Of a DNA stretch of 64,000 bases, positions 28,099-40,916 are shown one piece after another (the first letter of the stretch is position 1; each line of letters starts with the position of its first letter). Below the pieces are notes generated by a model, which worked only from the letters and a program-made list of their open reading frames with translations, was not told the DNA's origin and searched no databases. The DNA is from an uncultured Actinomycetota bacterium (lineage in GTDB: Bacteria > Actinomycetota > Actinomycetes > Streptosporangiales > Streptosporangiaceae). A program made the position numbers and the translations under genes. The stretch spans positions 226-64,225 of the forward strand of contig CAVZEQ010000006.1 in the NCBI GenBank assembly GCA_963774385.1, in the 5' to 3' direction.

Positions 28099-29873
28099 GC
28101 CGGGCTCCCTTGCTTCAGTGTTGCCGTGGGTGCGACTGCCTTAGCCGCGGCTGCCTGCTGGGCAGCAGCCCGCTGGGCAGCAGCCCGCTGCGCGGCCGCC
28201 TTTACTGCGGCCGGCGCTACCACCGGGTGCGGTGGCACCGGGTCTGTGCTGTGTGCCTGGACCAGGGTCTTATGCACGGCCGGGTTGATGATGTCGATGA
28301 CCGGCTTGGGGTACACGCCAAGCACGACGATCAGCGCGATCAGCGGAGCGACCGCCCACAGTTCTCGTGGTTTCAGGTCGGGCATAGAGGCCAGCTCAGC
28401 GCGCACCGGCCCGGTCATGGTCCGCTGGTACATCCACAGGATGTAGATGGCCGCCAGGATGATGCCCAGCGTGGCCAGGATGGCTGCCGCCTCATAGCGG
28501 GTGAACGTGCCGACCAGCACCAGGAACTCGCTGACGAAGGTGGAGAGGCCAGGTAGCGCCAGCCCGGCCAGGCCGGCGATCAGGAACGAGCCTGCCAGCA
28601 CCGGCGCCACCTTCTGCACGCCGCCGTAGTCGGAGATCAGGTGCGAGCCGCGCCGCGACACCAGGAACCCGGCCAGGATGAACAGCGCTCCGGTCGCGAA
28701 TCCGTGGTTGACCATGTACAGCGTCGCGCCAGTCTGGCCCTGGCTGGTCATGGCGAAAATGCCCAGCGTGATCAGGCCCATGTGGGAGACGGAGGTATAG
28801 GCGATCAGCCGCTTCATGTCCGCCTGGCCGATTGCGACGACGGCTCCGTAGAGCACGCCCACCACCGCGAGCGCGATGACGACCGGCGTGAAGTAATGCG
28901 CCGCGGCCGGGAACAGGTCGAGGCAGTACCTGATCATGCCGAACGTGCCGACCTTGTCGAGCACGCCGACAAGGAGCACGGCTGCGCCGGGCTGAGCAGA
29001 GGTCGCCGCGTCCGGAAGCCAGGTATGGAACGGCCACAGCGGCGCCTTGATGGCGAACGCGATGAAGAATCCGAGGAATAGCCACTTCTGCGTGGTCGGG
29101 CTCAGCGCCAGGTGAGTGAGCTGGCTGAACAGGAACGTGCCGTGGCTGCCGCCATGCAGCGAGTACACGTACAGCGCGATCACCGCCACCAGCATGAGCA
29201 GCCCGCCCAGCAAGCTGTACAGCAGGAACTTCACTGCCGCGTACTGCCGCTGGGCAACCCCGAAGCTGCCGATCATGAAGTACATCGGCACCAGCATGGC
29301 CTCGAAGAAGACATAGAACAGGAAGACATCGGTGGCGGCGAAGACACCGATCATCATGGTCTCGAGCACCAGCATCAGCTCGAAGTACGTCTTCGCGCTC
29401 CGCCTGCGTGCGGTGCCGCGATGCGCGGACTCGTCGCTGCCGGCCGGGCTGTCAGCCACCGCAGCGTCGCTGCCCGCCGCAGCGCCCGCTCCGGTGCCTG
29501 TGATGGCGGACCCGTCCTCGACATCGTTCCAGGAAGCCAGCACGACGACAGGCATCAAGATGACGGTCATGACGATCAGGACGAGCGCAATTCCATCCAC
29601 GCCGACTGCGTAGTGCACGCCGAATTGCGGGATCCACTGATAGATCTGCTGGAACTGGAACCTGGGTCCGCCGGGCTTGAACTGGACGGCCATCGCGATG
29701 GTGATGGCCAGCGTGGCCAGCGAGGCGACCAGGGCGATCCGCTTCACCAGCAGGTCGCGAGCACGCCGCTCGGCCAGGCTGCCAGGCGCCGACCTGCCGG
29801 GGGTCAGCGCGATTGCGACCGCGCCAACCAGCGGGATGGCGCCCGCTACGGTCAGCCAGGGAAAATTGCTCAT
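28095..29873 (-). CDS. nuoM: NADH-quinone oxidoreductase subunit M
   Basis: 592 aa. Motifs LIAYTSVSHMG and FHTWLPDA. Carries a low-complexity loop insertion and a repeat tail. Confidence 0.93.
   Translation of the reverse strand: MSNFPWLTVAGAIPLVGAVAIALTPGRSAPGSLAERRARDLLVKRIALVASLATLAITIAMAVQFKPGGPRFQFQQIYQWIPQFGVHYAVGVDGIALVLIVMTVILMPVVVLASWNDVEDGSAITGTGAGAAAGSDAAVADSPAGSDESAHRGTARRRSAKTYFELMLVLETMMIGVFAATDVFLFYVFFEAMLVPMYFMIGSFGVAQRQYAAVKFLLYSLLGGLLMLVAVIALYVYSLHGGSHGTFLFSQLTHLALSPTTQKWLFLGFFIAFAIKAPLWPFHTWLPDAATSAQPGAAVLLVGVLDKVGTFGMIRYCLDLFPAAAHYFTPVVIALAVVGVLYGAVVAIGQADMKRLIAYTSVSHMGLITLGIFAMTSQGQTGATLYMVNHGFATGALFILAGFLVSRRGSHLISDYGGVQKVAPVLAGSFLIAGLAGLALPGLSTFVSEFLVLVGTFTRYEAAAILATLGIILAAIYILWMYQRTMTGPVRAELASMPDLKPRELWAVAPLIALIVVLGVYPKPVIDIINPAVHKTLVQAHSTDPVPPHPVVAPAAVKAAAQRAAAQRAAAQQAAAAKAVAPTATLKQGSPA
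28158..28187. repeat. tandem 15-nt repeat (2 full copies plus a partial copy) in the nuoM 3' end
   Basis: CTGGGCAGCAGCCCG occurs twice, followed by CTGCGCGGCCGCC. It encodes AAQRA-type pentapeptide repeats. Confidence 0.8.
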
Positions 29874-29895
29874 CAGATCTGCAGCCTCACCAGCT

Positions 29896-31869
29896 CTAGA
29901 GTCTTACCAGCAGGAGCGCGCCGACCAGCAGCACCGCACCAAGCAGCATCGACAGCGCGTACGAGCGGACAAACCCCGATTGCAGCTTGCGCATCCGGCC
30001 GGATGTGCCGCCGAAAGTGGCTGCCACCGTATTCACCAGACCATCCACGCCCCGGTTGTCGAAGTACACCGACAGCCTGGTCAGCCACTGGCCAGGCCGC
30101 ATCAGCAGCGATTCGTTGATCGCGTCGCCGTACAGGTCCTTACGCGCGGCCACCGTGACCGGGCCTGCTGCCGGCGCGGTGACCGGCACCTCGCGGCGGC
30201 CGTACATCGCCCAGGCAATCGTTATCCCGATAGCAGCCAGTACCAGCGCAGCCACGCCCGCCCTGGTCCAGATGCCGTGCATGGTCGGCGGTACTCCCGT
30301 CACCGGGCCCAGGAAGTTCAGCAGCCGGTTGCCGAGGATCAGGAAGCCGCCGGCCGCGACTGAGCCGATCGCGAGGATGATCATGGGCGAGGTCATGATC
30401 GGCGGCGCTTCGTGCGGATGCACCTTGTCGTCCCAGCGCCGCTCGCCCAGGAAGGTCATGAACATCACCCGGGTCATGTAGAACGCGGTGATGCCTGCCC
30501 CGATCAGGGCAGCGCTGCCCAGCAGGGCTCCCTTGGTGCCACCCGCGGCGAATGCCGCGTCGATGATGGGATCCTTGGTGAAGAACCCGGATAGCGGTGG
30601 GACGCCGATAATAGCCAGGTAGCCGAGCCCGAACGTGACGAAGGTGATCGGCATCGCCCTGCCGAGGCCGCCGAAGCGGCGCATGTCGACCTCGTCGTCC
30701 ATCTCATGCTTGACCGAGCCGGCACCGAGGAACAGTCCCGCCTTGAAGAAACCGTGCGCGATCAGGTGCGCAATCGCGAAGACGTAGCCGGCGGGGCCGA
30801 GGCCGGCTGCCAGCATCATGTAGCCGATCTGGCTCATGGTGGAGCCAGCCAATGCCTTCTTGATGTCGTCCTTGGCGCAGCCGATAACCGCACCGAACAG
30901 CAGCGTGACGGCACCGACGATGGCCACCGCAAGCCGGGCATCGGCGGTCAGGTTGAAGATCGGCGCGGACCTGACGATCAGGTAGACGCCAGCCGTGACC
31001 ATCGTCGCGGCGTGAATCAGCGCGGACACCGGCGTCGGGCCTTCCATGGCGTCCAGCAGCCACGATTGCAACGGCACCTGAGCGGACTTGCCGCAGGCGC
31101 CAAGCAGCAGCAGCAATCCGATGGCCGTGACGACACCGTGGCTCGCGGCCGGCACGGCCTTGAAGACCCCGGTGAATGTCACGGTGCCGAACTGGGCGAA
31201 CATCAGCATGATGGCCAGCGACAGGCCGACGTCGCCCACCCGGTTCGCGATGAATGCCTTCTTGGCTGCCACCGCGGCGGCCGGCTTGTACTGCCAGAAG
31301 CCGATCAGCAGATAGGAAGCAAGGCCTACGCCTTCCCAGCCCGCGTACAGCACGAGATAGTTGCTGCCGAGCACCAGCAGCAGCATCGCCGCCAGGAACA
31401 GGTTCATGTAGCCGAAAAACCGCCGCCGGTCCGGGTCGTGAGACATGTAGCCGACGGCAAAGATATGAATGAGCGATCCGACGCCGGTGATGAGCAGCAC
31501 GAAGCAGATGGACAACTGGTCGAGCCGCAACCCGAGCGGGATCTGGAACCGGCCGACGTTGATGAACTGGTAGAGAACCAGCTCACGCGACCGCTGCGCG
31601 GCGGGGTAGCCCAGCATCTGGATATAGGCCGCCACCGCATAGCCGAATGCCAGCACCGGCATTGCCACGCCGATCAGGTGGCCGAATGAGTTAGTCCGCT
31701 TGCCGCCCAGCAGCAGGATGGTCGCGCCCGCTAGCGGCAATGCGAGTAGCAGCCAGGCGGCGTCCTGGATCCCGGTCGCGTGCAGGCTCGCCAGTGACTG
31801 CGACGACTGGGCCTGCGAAGACAACGCGGCCGTCGCAGACACGAGCGCACTGTGGACTGAGCCGGTCAT
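29896..31869 (-). CDS. nuoL: NADH-quinone oxidoreductase subunit L
   Basis: 657 aa. Motifs [15 protein letters not shown] and STMSQIGYM. Confidence 0.93.
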   Translation of the reverse strand: MTGSVHSALVSATAALSSQAQSSQSLASLHATGIQDAAWLLLALPLAGATILLLGGKRTNSFGHLIGVAMPVLAFGYAVAAYIQMLGYPAAQRSRELVLYQFINVGRFQIPLGLRLDQLSICFVLLITGVGSLIHIFAVGYMSHDPDRRRFFGYMNLFLAAMLLLVLGSNYLVLYAGWEGVGLASYLLIGFWQYKPAAAVAAKKAFIANRVGDVGLSLAIMLMFAQFGTVTFTGVFKAVPAASHGVVTAIGLLLLLGACGKSAQVPLQSWLLDAMEGPTPVSALIHAATMVTAGVYLIVRSAPIFNLTADARLAVAIVGAVTLLFGAVIGCAKDDIKKALAGSTMSQIGYMMLAAGLGPAGYVFAIAHLIAHGFFKAGLFLGAGSVKHEMDDEVDMRRFGGLGRAMPITFVTFGLGYLAIIGVPPLSGFFTKDPIIDAAFAAGGTKGALLGSAALIGAGITAFYMTRVMFMTFLGERRWDDKVHPHEAPPIMTSPMIILAIGSVAAGGFLILGNRLLNFLGPVTGVPPTMHGIWTRAGVAALVLAAIGITIAWAMYGRREVPVTAPAAGPVTVAARKDLYGDAINESLLMRPGQWLTRLSVYFDNRGVDGLVNTVAATFGGTSGRMRKLQSGFVRSYALSMLLGAVLLVGALLLVRL

Positions 31870-31882
31870 GGCTCCCTTTCGT

Positions 31883-32185
31883 TCAGTACTTCATCAGGTT
31901 CGCGTCGTCCACCGACGCGGACCTGCGGGCGCGGAAGATGGCGGTGAGGATCGCCAGGCCAACGACGACCTCGGCAGCGGCCACCACCATCACGAAAAAG
32001 GCGATGACCTGCCCGTCGAGCGAGTTATGCATCCGGGCGAAGGTGACGAACGCAAGGTTGGCCGCGTTGAGCATGAGCTCGACGCACATGAAGACCACGA
32101 TCGCGTTGCGCCGGACCAGGACGCCAACCGCACCGATCACGAACAAGATCACCGACAGTGCGATGAAGTGCGCCGGGCTCACCAT
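31883..32185 (-). CDS. nuoK: NADH-quinone oxidoreductase subunit K
   Basis: 100 aa with 3 TM helices. Position in the operon supports the call. Confidence 0.9.
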   Translation of the reverse strand: MVSPAHFIALSVILFVIGAVGVLVRRNAIVVFMCVELMLNAANLAFVTFARMHNSLDGQVIAFFVMVVAAAEVVVGLAILTAIFRARRSASVDDANLMKY

Positions 32186-33015
32186 GACTGGTCACCTGCT
32201 TCCTGGCCGGGCGGCAATGCCGATTCCGTCCCGGCGGCTGGCTGGCTGGCGGCGGCTGGCGGCAGCGCGCTGCGAGCGGCCGGCTGGTCAGCAGGGACCG
32301 CTACGCCCGACAGCACCGGACTGACCGACAGCTCGGACTGGCTGCCATCGGGCAGCAGCGCGGGCATGTGCACCGCATTGTGCCTGGCGTAAGTGCCGGG
32401 CCCCGGCAACGGCGTGGGGTGGCCGCTGGCGACCCGCCGGGCGGCCAGCAGGCGCTGAGTTGCCTTGGGCCCGATGCGCTCCCGGTGCGCCAGCACCATC
32501 GCACCGAGGGCCGCGGTTATCAGCAGGGCGCTGGTGATCTCGAACGGGTACAGGTACCTGGTGAAGATGAGGTTGGCCAGCGCGGTCACGTTCGCGTTGC
32601 CGAACTTCGCCGAGACAGGCCGGGCGGGGCCGATGGCAGCATGGCCGACCACCAGTGCGAGCAGCACCAGCAGCCCGATGCCCCCGATTGCCGCCCACAG
32701 ACGCTGGCCCCTGATGGTCTCGATGACCGAGTCGGCCGCGCTGATGCCGACGATCATCAGCACGAACAGGAACAGCATCAGCACGGCGCCGGTGTAGACG
32801 ATGACCTGGACGAACGCCAGGAACGGCGCGCCGAGCATGGCGTACAGCACGGCCAGCGACAGCATCACGACGGCGAGCAGCATCGCGCAGTGCACCGCCT
32901 TGCGGGCGAGCACCATGCCCAGAGCGGCCGCCACCGAGATGATCGCAAGCACCCAGTAGGCCACCAGCCTCGTCGTCTCGGCCGCAGGCCCGGCCAGCAC
33001 GATGGGATGTGTCAC
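32179..33015 (-). CDS. nuoJ: NADH-quinone oxidoreductase subunit J
   Basis: 278 aa. TM core followed by a Pro/Ala-rich tail. Position in the operon supports the call. Confidence 0.88.
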   Translation of the reverse strand: MTHPIVLAGPAAETTRLVAYWVLAIISVAAALGMVLARKAVHCAMLLAVVMLSLAVLYAMLGAPFLAFVQVIVYTGAVLMLFLFVLMIVGISAADSVIETIRGQRLWAAIGGIGLLVLLALVVGHAAIGPARPVSAKFGNANVTALANLIFTRYLYPFEITSALLITAALGAMVLAHRERIGPKATQRLLAARRVASGHPTPLPGPGTYARHNAVHMPALLPDGSQSELSVSPVLSGVAVPADQPAARSALPPAAASQPAAGTESALPPGQEAGDQSW

Positions 33016-33635
33016 TGCTCGTCTCCCGCCTGCGCTGGCTTCTCCGGCGCTGGCCCGTCTGCTGGCGGCCAGTCCTGCACGGGGCCTTCCTGCACCGGGT
33101 TGCGCGTGCTGGCCTCGGGCTCGCTTGCCGCGAGCATCGCGCCCAGCTGGTAATAATCCTCTTCGGTCTCGCCCAGCCGCATGGGATGCGGTGGCGACTC
33201 CATGCCTGGCTGCAGGGGAGCGACGAGCTGCTCCTTGGTCCAGATCAGGCTCTCCCGGCTGTCATCGGCCAGCTCGTACTCGTTGGTCATGGTGAGCGCC
33301 CTGGTGGGGCAGGCCTCGATGCAGAGCCCGCACAGGATGCAGCGCAGGTAGTTGATCTGGTAAACGCGCCCGTACCGCTCGCCTGGCGAGTAGCGCTCCT
33401 CCGCGGTGTTGTCCGCGCCCTCGACGTAGATCGCGTCGGCGGGGCAGGCCCAGGCGCACAGCTCGCAGCCGATGCACTTCTCCAGGCCGTCCGGCCATCT
33501 GTTCAGCTGGTGCCGGCCGTGGAAACGGGGCGCGGTGGGCAGCTTTTCCTCGGGGTACTGGACGGTGTCGACCTTCCGGAACATCTGCCGGAAGGTGACG
33601 CCGAAACCCTTGACGGAGTTGAGGAACTCAGGCAC
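33012..33635 (-). CDS. nuoI: NADH-quinone oxidoreductase subunit I
   Basis: Two 4Fe-4S motifs, [12 protein letters not shown] and [12 protein letters not shown]. Confidence 0.93.
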   Translation of the reverse strand: MPEFLNSVKGFGVTFRQMFRKVDTVQYPEEKLPTAPRFHGRHQLNRWPDGLEKCIGCELCAWACPADAIYVEGADNTAEERYSPGERYGRVYQINYLRCILCGLCIEACPTRALTMTNEYELADDSRESLIWTKEQLVAPLQPGMESPPHPMRLGETEEDYYQLGAMLAASEPEASTRNPVQEGPVQDWPPADGPAPEKPAQAGDEQ

Positions 33636-35064
33636 CAGTGCCCTCCTTCGGGTGCCCGCCCGGATGTCCGTTGCGAGCGCTGTCGTCGCCGCTGACCCCG
33701 GCCAGCACTGGCTGCCCGGCGCTCGCCAGGCCCACGCCGTGGTAGTGCGGCAAGTCCAGCGCCGGCGTCGGGAACGGAAGGCCCGCTTCCGCTGCCGGGG
33801 CCGGGGCGGCTTCCGCCGCCTCCTCCGCCAGCGCCGCCTGGCGCTCGGCGCGCTGCCCGGCCGACTCCCACCGCCACAGCAGCAGCAAGATCACCAGCAC
33901 GATAGCGCCCGCGACCAGGTAGACACCGGTGCTGCCGCCCTGCCGCCGGTACACCCTGGCGGTGGCGACCACCAGGGTCCAGCCGAGCGCTAGCGGGATG
34001 AGCACCTTCCAGCCCAGCTTCATCAGCTGGTCGTAGCGAATCCGGGGCAGCGATCCGCGCAGCCAGAAGAAGAAGAAAATGAACACGATCACCTTGCCGA
34101 GGAACCACAGCACCGGCCACCAGCCACTGTTCGCCCCGGGCCAGACCGACAGCGGCCATGGCGCTCGCCAGCCGCCGAGGAACAGCGTCGTAGCCAGCGC
34201 GGACACCGTGATCATGTTGACGTACTCGGCAAGCTGGCCGATCGCGAACTTCAGCGAGGAGTACTCGGTGTGGTAACCGCCGACGATCTCGCCCTCGCCC
34301 TCGGGCAGGTCGAACGGGAGCCGGTTGGTCTCGCCGACCATCGTGACGATGTAAATCAGGAACGAGGGAAGGAGCAGGATCGCGAACCACGAGGGCCAGT
34401 GCCAGATGACGCCGAACAGGTGGAACTCCGGACCATGTATCTGCGCGGCCACGATCTGCGAGGTCGACAGCGAGTGCGCGTACAGGAACACCGGCACGAA
34501 AGCCAGGCCCATCGCGATTTCGTAGCTGATCACCTGCGCGGACGAGCGCAGGCCGCCGAGCAGCGAGTAGGGCGACTGAGCCGACCAGCCGGCCAGCACG
34601 ATTCCGTACACGCCCAGCGAGCTCATCGCCAGCACCAGCAGAACCGCGACCGGCAGGTCGGTGAGCTGCAGCGGCGTCCTGACGCCGAAGATCGAGACGA
34701 TCGGTCCCCACGGGATGACCGCGAACGTGATAAACGCGGGAATGGCCGAGACCGCCGGGGCCACGAAGAACAGCACCCTGTCCACGCCGCGCGGGAAGAC
34801 GTCCTCTTTCAGCGCCAGCTTGATGCCGTCCATCAGCGACTGCAGCAGGCCGAACTTTCCGGCCCGGTTCGGACCGGGCCGCTGCTGCATCCGGCCGATG
34901 ATGCGGCGCTCGGCCCAGATCGCGATCAGGGTGCCGAGCATCAGGAACACGAAGATGATGAGGACCTTGAGGATCACGAGCCACCACGGATCATGACCGA
35001 AGCTGGCCAGCGTGGGTACGTTCGAGACCCCGGCGGGCGCCGGTGAGGAAGCCAGCCCCGTCAT
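33628..35064 (-). CDS. nuoH: NADH-quinone oxidoreductase subunit H
   Basis: 478 aa. Motifs [14 protein letters not shown] and [20 protein letters not shown]. Confidence 0.93.
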   Translation of the reverse strand: MTGLASSPAPAGVSNVPTLASFGHDPWWLVILKVLIIFVFLMLGTLIAIWAERRIIGRMQQRPGPNRAGKFGLLQSLMDGIKLALKEDVFPRGVDRVLFFVAPAVSAIPAFITFAVIPWGPIVSIFGVRTPLQLTDLPVAVLLVLAMSSLGVYGIVLAGWSAQSPYSLLGGLRSSAQVISYEIAMGLAFVPVFLYAHSLSTSQIVAAQIHGPEFHLFGVIWHWPSWFAILLLPSFLIYIVTMVGETNRLPFDLPEGEGEIVGGYHTEYSSLKFAIGQLAEYVNMITVSALATTLFLGGWRAPWPLSVWPGANSGWWPVLWFLGKVIVFIFFFFWLRGSLPRIRYDQLMKLGWKVLIPLALGWTLVVATARVYRRQGGSTGVYLVAGAIVLVILLLLWRWESAGQRAERQAALAEEAAEAAPAPAAEAGLPFPTPALDLPHYHGVGLASAGQPVLAGVSGDDSARNGHPGGHPKEGTGA

Positions 35065-37553
35065 TCCGCGCTCCTCAGCGATACCTGGGTGCCGTGGCCG
35101 GCGCAGAGCTGGCGGCGAACGGAGCTGCCTGCTGAGTTGACAGGCAGCCAGACGACCCGGTCAGGCATATCGGCGATCTCCACGGGAACGGTTACTGCGC
35201 CGTGGCCGGTTGCCACGGTTACCTTGCCGCCGTCTGTCGTGCCGGCCTCGGCGGCAGTCGCCGCCGACATGCGCGCGACGGCTGCGCGCGCCGTACCCGC
35301 GAGATTAGGCTCGCCATCCTGCATCCGGCCGGCGTCGAGCAGATTATGCCAGGTAGCCAGGAGCGCATGGCCCGCGCCCGGATGCTGCAGCGCGTTGCCG
35401 CTACCAGTGGTGGGCGCGGCTGGTGCATCCGCCAGCGCGTGTTCCGGGCTGCCGGTGGCCGGCGACAAGGCTGCCGACTGGCCTAGCATGGTGAGCTCGC
35501 GGCGCGCCGACGCCGTGTCGGGCAGGCCCAGGTGCACGTCCATCTCGTCGGCAAGCGCGGCCAGCACGTCGAGGTCAGTGCGCGCGGCCGGCACCGCCAG
35601 CGCGGCGGTGAAAGAGCCCGGACGGCCTTCCCAGTTCACGAAGGTGCCCTGCTTTTCCGCCACAGCGGCGACCGGGAAGACGACGTCTGCCCGGTCGGTG
35701 ACGGTGCTCACCCGTAGTTCCAGGCTGACCACGAAACCGGCCGACTCGATCGCCGCGAGCGTGGCGGCCGGATCGGGCAGGTCGTCCGGGTCTACCGCGC
35801 CGATCAGCAGCGCCTCGATGTCGCCGCTAGCCGCCGCGGCCAGGATCTCGCTGGTACTGAAGCCGGGGTCGGCGGGGAGTGAGCTAACTCCCCAGGCCCG
35901 GGCCACCTCGCCGGTGACGTCGGGCTGGCCGATCCGGCGGCCGCCCGGCAGCAAGTTCGGCAGCGCGCCGGCCTCGATCGCGCCGCGCTCACCAGCCCGG
36001 CGCGGGATCCAGCCCAGCTTCGCGCCGGTCCGCGCGGCTAGCCTGGCCGCGGCGGACAGCGCGCCTGGCACCTCGGCCAGTCGTTCTCCGACGAGGATCA
36101 CGGCGCCCGGCTGCCGCAGCCCGCGAGCCGCGGCAACGCCGTCGTCGGCCTGGTCCGTCAGCGCCGTGAGTGCCGCAGCCTCGGCACCGGGCACGGTCGG
36201 CAGCAGCACCCCGGACAGCTTCCGCAGGCCGCTGCTGGCGAGGGCAGCCAGCGAGTAGACCGTCGTGGTGCCCGCCCGCGTCGCTTTGCGCAGCCGGAGG
36301 AACACGATCGGGCATTCCTCCTCGGGCTCGAACCCGGCGAGCAGCACCGCGGGTGCCCGGTCGAGCTCGGCATAGCTGACGCCTGGCCGCCCAGCCACCT
36401 GCCCGGCCAGGAACTGCAGTTCCTCTGCCGAGTGCGGCCTGGCTCGCATATCGATGTCGTTGCTGGCGAGGGCGACCCGGGCGAACTTGGCGTAGGCGTA
36501 GGCGTCTTCCAGCGTCAGCCGGCCACCGGGCAGCACGCCCGCGCGGCCGCGCGCCGCCAGCAATCCGCGCGCCGCGGCATCCAGGGCCTCCGGCCAGGAC
36601 GCCGGCTGCAGCACCCCGTCAGCGTCGCGGACCAGTGGTGACACCAGCCGGTCCGGCTCGGTGGCGTAGGTGAAGGCCCACCTGCCCTTGTCGCAGTTCC
36701 ACTCTTCGTTGACCTGGGGCTCGTTCCCGGCCAGCCGCCTGGTGACAGCGCCCCTTCGGTGGTCGGTGCGCTGGCGGCAGCCAGCCGCGCAGTGCTCGCA
36801 CACGCTCGGCGTCGACACGAGGTCGAATGGCCTGGCCCGGAACCGGTAGGACGCTCCGGTGAGCGCTCCGACCGGGCAGATCTGCACGGTGTTGCCGGAG
36901 AAGTAGGAGTCGAACGGCACGCCGTCGGCCACGCCGACCTGCTCCTGCGGCCCGCGCTGGATCAGCTCGATCTGCGGGTCGCCGGCGATCTGGTCCGCGA
37001 ACCGGGTGCACCGGGCGCACTGCACGCACCGCTCCCGGTCGAGCAGCACCTGGGCGGACAACGCGATCGGCTTGGGGAAGGTGCGCTTGGTGCCGGTGAA
37101 CCTGGTCTCGCCCTGGCCGGTAGACATGGCCTGGTTCTGCAGCGGGCACTCGCCGCCCTTGTCGCACATCGGGCAGTCGAGCGGGTGATTGACCAGCAGC
37201 AGTTCCATGATGCCGCGCTGCGCCTTCTCTGCCACTGGTGACGTCAGCTGGGTGCGCACCACCATGCCATCGGTGACCGTGGTCGTGCACGACGCTGGCG
37301 GCTTCGGCTGACCCTCGACGTGCACCAGGCACTGGCGGCAGGCACCGACGGGAGCCAGCAGCGGATGGTCACAGAACCTGGGGATCTGAATGCCGAGCTG
37401 CTCGGCGGCGCGGATGATCAGCGTGCCCTTGGGCACCATGATCTCGAAGCCGTCGATGGTCACGGTGACACCATCCGGCGGCTTGACCAGTTCGGCACCG
37501 GCTGACCCGGCAGCCGAAGGAACGGGTGCGGTTGCTGGCTGCTGCACTGTCAT
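35061..37553 (-). CDS. nuoG: NADH-quinone oxidoreductase subunit G
   Basis: 830 aa. N-terminal Fe-S clusters [17 protein letters not shown] and [13 protein letters not shown], followed by a molybdopterin-like domain. Confidence 0.93.
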   Translation of the reverse strand: MTVQQPATAPVPSAAGSAGAELVKPPDGVTVTIDGFEIMVPKGTLIIRAAEQLGIQIPRFCDHPLLAPVGACRQCLVHVEGQPKPPASCTTTVTDGMVVRTQLTSPVAEKAQRGIMELLLVNHPLDCPMCDKGGECPLQNQAMSTGQGETRFTGTKRTFPKPIALSAQVLLDRERCVQCARCTRFADQIAGDPQIELIQRGPQEQVGVADGVPFDSYFSGNTVQICPVGALTGASYRFRARPFDLVSTPSVCEHCAAGCRQRTDHRRGAVTRRLAGNEPQVNEEWNCDKGRWAFTYATEPDRLVSPLVRDADGVLQPASWPEALDAAARGLLAARGRAGVLPGGRLTLEDAYAYAKFARVALASNDIDMRARPHSAEELQFLAGQVAGRPGVSYAELDRAPAVLLAGFEPEEECPIVFLRLRKATRAGTTTVYSLAALASSGLRKLSGVLLPTVPGAEAAALTALTDQADDGVAAARGLRQPGAVILVGERLAEVPGALSAAARLAARTGAKLGWIPRRAGERGAIEAGALPNLLPGGRRIGQPDVTGEVARAWGVSSLPADPGFSTSEILAAAASGDIEALLIGAVDPDDLPDPAATLAAIESAGFVVSLELRVSTVTDRADVVFPVAAVAEKQGTFVNWEGRPGSFTAALAVPAARTDLDVLAALADEMDVHLGLPDTASARRELTMLGQSAALSPATGSPEHALADAPAAPTTGSGNALQHPGAGHALLATWHNLLDAGRMQDGEPNLAGTARAAVARMSAATAAEAGTTDGGKVTVATGHGAVTVPVEIADMPDRVVWLPVNSAGSSVRRQLCAGHGTQVSLRSAE

Positions 37554-38857
37554 CGGGCCGACTCCAGGGCAAACAGCGTCGATGCGGCCGGATCGAACGG
37601 GCAGCCGCCGATCCGCTGGTGCTCGAGGTACTCGCCCCGGAAGTACTTGATTGACGACGCGACCGGCGCCTGGATGGAATCGCCGAGTGCGCAGAACGAC
37701 CGGCCGGTGATGTTGTCGCAGATGTCGAGCAGCTTGTCCAGGTCGGCCTCGCTGCCCTGACCGCGCTCAAGCTGGTCCAGAATCTGTACCACCCACCAGC
37801 TGCCCTCGCGGCACGGTGTGCACTTGCCGCACGACTCGTGCTCGTAGAACTGGATCCAGCGCAGCACCACGCGAACTACGCAGGTGGTCTCGTCGAACAG
37901 CTGCAGGGACCTGGTCCCGAGCATCGATCCGGCCGCGGCCACCGACTCGTAGTCCAGCGGCACGTCCAGGTGCTCGTCAGTGAACAGCGGCGTGGATGAT
38001 CCGCCGGGCGTCCAGAACTTCAGCCGGTGCCCGGTGCGGATGCCGCCGGCCAGCTCCAGCAACTGCCGTAGCGTGGTGCCCAGCGGCGCCTCGTACTGGC
38101 CAGGTGTGGTCACATGACCAGACAGCGAGAAGATCCCGAAACCCTTGGACTTCTCGGTGCCGAAGGCGGCGAAGTCAGCGGCGCCGTGCCCGAGGATGTA
38201 CGGCACGGTCGCGATCGACTCGACGTTGTTGACCACGGTCGGGCAGGCGTACAGGCCGGCCACCGCCGGGAACGGGGGCTTGAGCCGCGGCTGGCCGCGC
38301 ATTCCCTCCAGCGAGTCAAGCAGCGCAGTCTCCTCGCCGCAGATGTAGGCGCCCGCGCCGGCATGCACGACGATATCGACGCTCAGATCGGAGCCGAGGA
38401 TCCTGGCACCCAGATAGCCAGCGTCTCGTGCCTCCGCGACGGCGTACTGCAACCGCCTGATCACGTGCAGGACCTCACCGCGAACATAGACGAAAGCCTT
38501 CTCTGCCCTGATCGCGTAGCAAGCGATGATCATGCCCTCGATCAGCGCCTGCGGATTGTTGAGCAGGGTCGGCATGTCCTTGCATGCGCCCGGCTCCGAC
38601 TCGTCGGCGTTGACCACCAGATAATGCGGCTTGCCGTCGCCCTGCGGGATGAAGCCCCACTTCAGCCCGGTCGGGAAGCCCGCGCCGCCGCGACCGCGCA
38701 GGGCCGAGTCTTTCATCGCCTGGATGACCTGATCGGGCGTCATGGCCAGCGCCCGCGGCAGCGCGCTATACCCGCCGGCCTGCTTGTACGCCGCCAGCGT
38801 GAAGGAGTCGGGTTCGTCCCAGTGCGCGGTGAGCTCGGGAGTCAGGATGGTTGTCAC
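37550..38857 (-). CDS. nuoF: NADH-quinone oxidoreductase subunit F
   Basis: 435 aa. Motifs [32 protein letters not shown] and [12 protein letters not shown]. Confidence 0.95.
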   Translation of the reverse strand: MTTILTPELTAHWDEPDSFTLAAYKQAGGYSALPRALAMTPDQVIQAMKDSALRGRGGAGFPTGLKWGFIPQGDGKPHYLVVNADESEPGACKDMPTLLNNPQALIEGMIIACYAIRAEKAFVYVRGEVLHVIRRLQYAVAEARDAGYLGARILGSDLSVDIVVHAGAGAYICGEETALLDSLEGMRGQPRLKPPFPAVAGLYACPTVVNNVESIATVPYILGHGAADFAAFGTEKSKGFGIFSLSGHVTTPGQYEAPLGTTLRQLLELAGGIRTGHRLKFWTPGGSSTPLFTDEHLDVPLDYESVAAAGSMLGTRSLQLFDETTCVVRVVLRWIQFYEHESCGKCTPCREGSWWVVQILDQLERGQGSEADLDKLLDICDNITGRSFCALGDSIQAPVASSIKYFRGEYLEHQRIGGCPFDPAASTLFALESAR

Positions 38858-39537
38858 GGCCGCCTTCCCGCAGCGTCGCTGGTACCGCCTTCGGGGGTCC
38901 AGCCTTGTTCCCTGGCTTTCCGCAGGCCGGCCAGCGAGGGGTCACCCGCGGTGCGGCCGGCTGCGCCTTGCCCATCGGGGAAGCCAGCCAGGATCCGGCC
39001 TGCCTGGCGCCAGGTGCACAGCTCTGGCGCACCACGGGTTGGCGCCGCCGCTCCGCCCGAGCGCAGGTTGTCGACCAGATCCCTGGCCTTGGCCGGGGTC
39101 ATGTTGTCGAAGAACTCCCAGTTCACCATCACGACTGGGGCGTAATCGCACGCGGCGTTGCACTCCAGGTGCTCAAGGCTCACGGTGCCGTCGGGAGTGG
39201 TCTCGTCATTGCCGATGCCCAGGTGATCCTTCAGGTCAGCGAAGATCGCATCGCCGCCCATGACCGCGCAGAGCGCGTTCGTGCACACGCCCACGTGATA
39301 ATCGCCAACCGGCTTGCGCTTGTACATCGTGTAGAAGGACACGACGCCGGTGACATCGGCCTGGCTGAGGCCGAGCTGGCTAGCGCAGAACTCGATTCCG
39401 TCTTCCGACACATAGCCCTCTTCGGCCTGCACCAGGTGCAGCAGCGGCAGCAGGGCCGACCGCGTCCTGGGATATCTGCCGATGATCTCGGCGGCTCGGG
39501 GTGCAAGCCGGGCGCGTGCTTCCTCGCTCAGCGCCAT
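38854..39537 (-). CDS. nuoE: NADH-quinone oxidoreductase subunit E
   Basis: 227 aa. 2Fe-2S cysteines in VCTNALCAVMGG and ECNAACDYAPVV. Confidence 0.92.
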   Translation of the reverse strand: MALSEEARARLAPRAAEIIGRYPRTRSALLPLLHLVQAEEGYVSEDGIEFCASQLGLSQADVTGVVSFYTMYKRKPVGDYHVGVCTNALCAVMGGDAIFADLKDHLGIGNDETTPDGTVSLEHLECNAACDYAPVVMVNWEFFDNMTPAKARDLVDNLRSGGAAAPTRGAPELCTWRQAGRILAGFPDGQGAAGRTAGDPSLAGLRKAREQGWTPEGGTSDAAGRRP

Positions 39538-40916
39538 TACCTGTCCACGCCCCCCATCACGGGATCGATGCTGGCGACCGCGGCGATGATGTCGGCTACC
39601 AGGCCGCCCTCGCTCATCACGGACACCGACTGCAGGTTGGTAAAGGACGGGTCCCGGAAGTGGATCCGGTACGGCCGGGTGCCACCGTCACTGACGGCGT
39701 GGCAGCCAAGCTCGCCGCGCGGCGACTCGACGGCCGCGTATACCTGCCCGGCAGGCACCCGGAAACCCTCGGTGACCAGCTTGAAGTGGTGAATCAGCGC
39801 CTCCATCGACTGGCTCATGATGTGCGCGATGTGGTCAGGCGAGTTGCCCATCCCGTCCGGGCCGAGCGCCAGCTTGGCGGGCCAGCCGATCTTGGGGTCG
39901 CCGATCATGACCGGATCGGCGGGCCGCCGGGGCGTGGCGAGCCGGTCCACGCACTGGCCGATGATCCGCAATGACTGATCGAGCTCGTCCATCCGGACCA
40001 GGTACCTGCCATAGGCGTCCGCGCTGGTCTGCACTGGCACGTCGAACTCATAGCTGTCGTAGCCGCAGTACGGCTGACTTTTTCGCAGGTCCCACGGGAG
40101 CCCGGCGGCGCGCAGCATCGGCCCGGTCACGCCGAGCGACATGCAGCCAGTCACGTCCAGGTGAGCGATGTTCTTGGTCCTGGCGATAAAGATGGGGGCG
40201 GCGTCGAAAAGTGCCCGGATCTCGCCGAGGAGTCCCGGCATCACCCGCAGGTACTCGCGGAGCCGCTCGATCGCGCCGGACGGCAGGTCCATCGAGACGC
40301 CGCCGGGCCGGATGTACGCATGATTCATCCGCAGGCCGGTGATGAGCTCGAACAGGTCGAGCGTCTTCTCCCGCTCGCGCATCCCGTACAGGAAGACGCT
40401 CGTCGCGCCGAGCTCGAGGCCCATCGTGCCGACCGCGGTCAGATGCGAGGAGATCCGGTTCAGCTCCATCATCAGGACCCGGATGACGCTGGCCCGCTCG
40501 GGAATCTCCGCTTCGATGCCGAGCAGCTTCTCTACGGCGAGGCAGTAGGCGGTCTCGTTGAACAGCGGGGACAGGTAATCCATCCGGGTGCAGAACGTCG
40601 TCCCCTGAGTCCAGGTACGGAACTCCATGTTCTTCTCGATGCCGGTGTGCAGGTAGCCGATCACCGGCCGTAGCTCGGTGACGGTCTCGCCATCGAGAGT
40701 GAGAATCAGCCGCAGCACCCCGTGTGTTGACGGGTGCTGCGGGCCCATGTTGACGACCATGCGCTCGTCGCTGGACTGCTCTCCGGCCGCCGCGGCCGCG
40801 GCAACGACCTCATCCCAGTCCTCGCCGCCGACGTGGTAGACGCGGCCCTGGTCATACTCGTCCTGCGTACCCGAGGCAGTAGCGCCGCGGGCCTGATGGT
40901 CAGCCGGGGCGGTCAT
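39537..40916 (-). CDS. nuoD: NADH-quinone oxidoreductase subunit D
   Basis: 459 aa. Motifs [15 protein letters not shown] and [12 protein letters not shown]. Confidence 0.95.
   Translation of the reverse strand: MTAPADHQARGATASGTQDEYDQGRVYHVGGEDWDEVVAAAAAAGEQSSDERMVVNMGPQHPSTHGVLRLILTLDGETVTELRPVIGYLHTGIEKNMEFRTWTQGTTFCTRMDYLSPLFNETAYCLAVEKLLGIEAEIPERASVIRVLMMELNRISSHLTAVGTMGLELGATSVFLYGMREREKTLDLFELITGLRMNHAYIRPGGVSMDLPSGAIERLREYLRVMPGLLGEIRALFDAAPIFIARTKNIAHLDVTGCMSLGVTGPMLRAAGLPWDLRKSQPYCGYDSYEFDVPVQTSADAYGRYLVRMDELDQSLRIIGQCVDRLATPRRPADPVMIGDPKIGWPAKLALGPDGMGNSPDHIAHIMSQSMEALIHHFKLVTEGFRVPAGQVYAAVESPRGELGCHAVSDGGTRPYRIHFRDPSFTNLQSVSVMSEGGLVADIIAAVASIDPVMGGVDR

Noticed and set aside
32179-35064. 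Pro/Ala-rich C-terminal tails on NuoJ, NuoI and NuoH as novel domains
   Set aside because: They are low-complexity. To my knowledge similar extensions are common in actinobacterial complex I subunits, and nothing here suggests a separate function.
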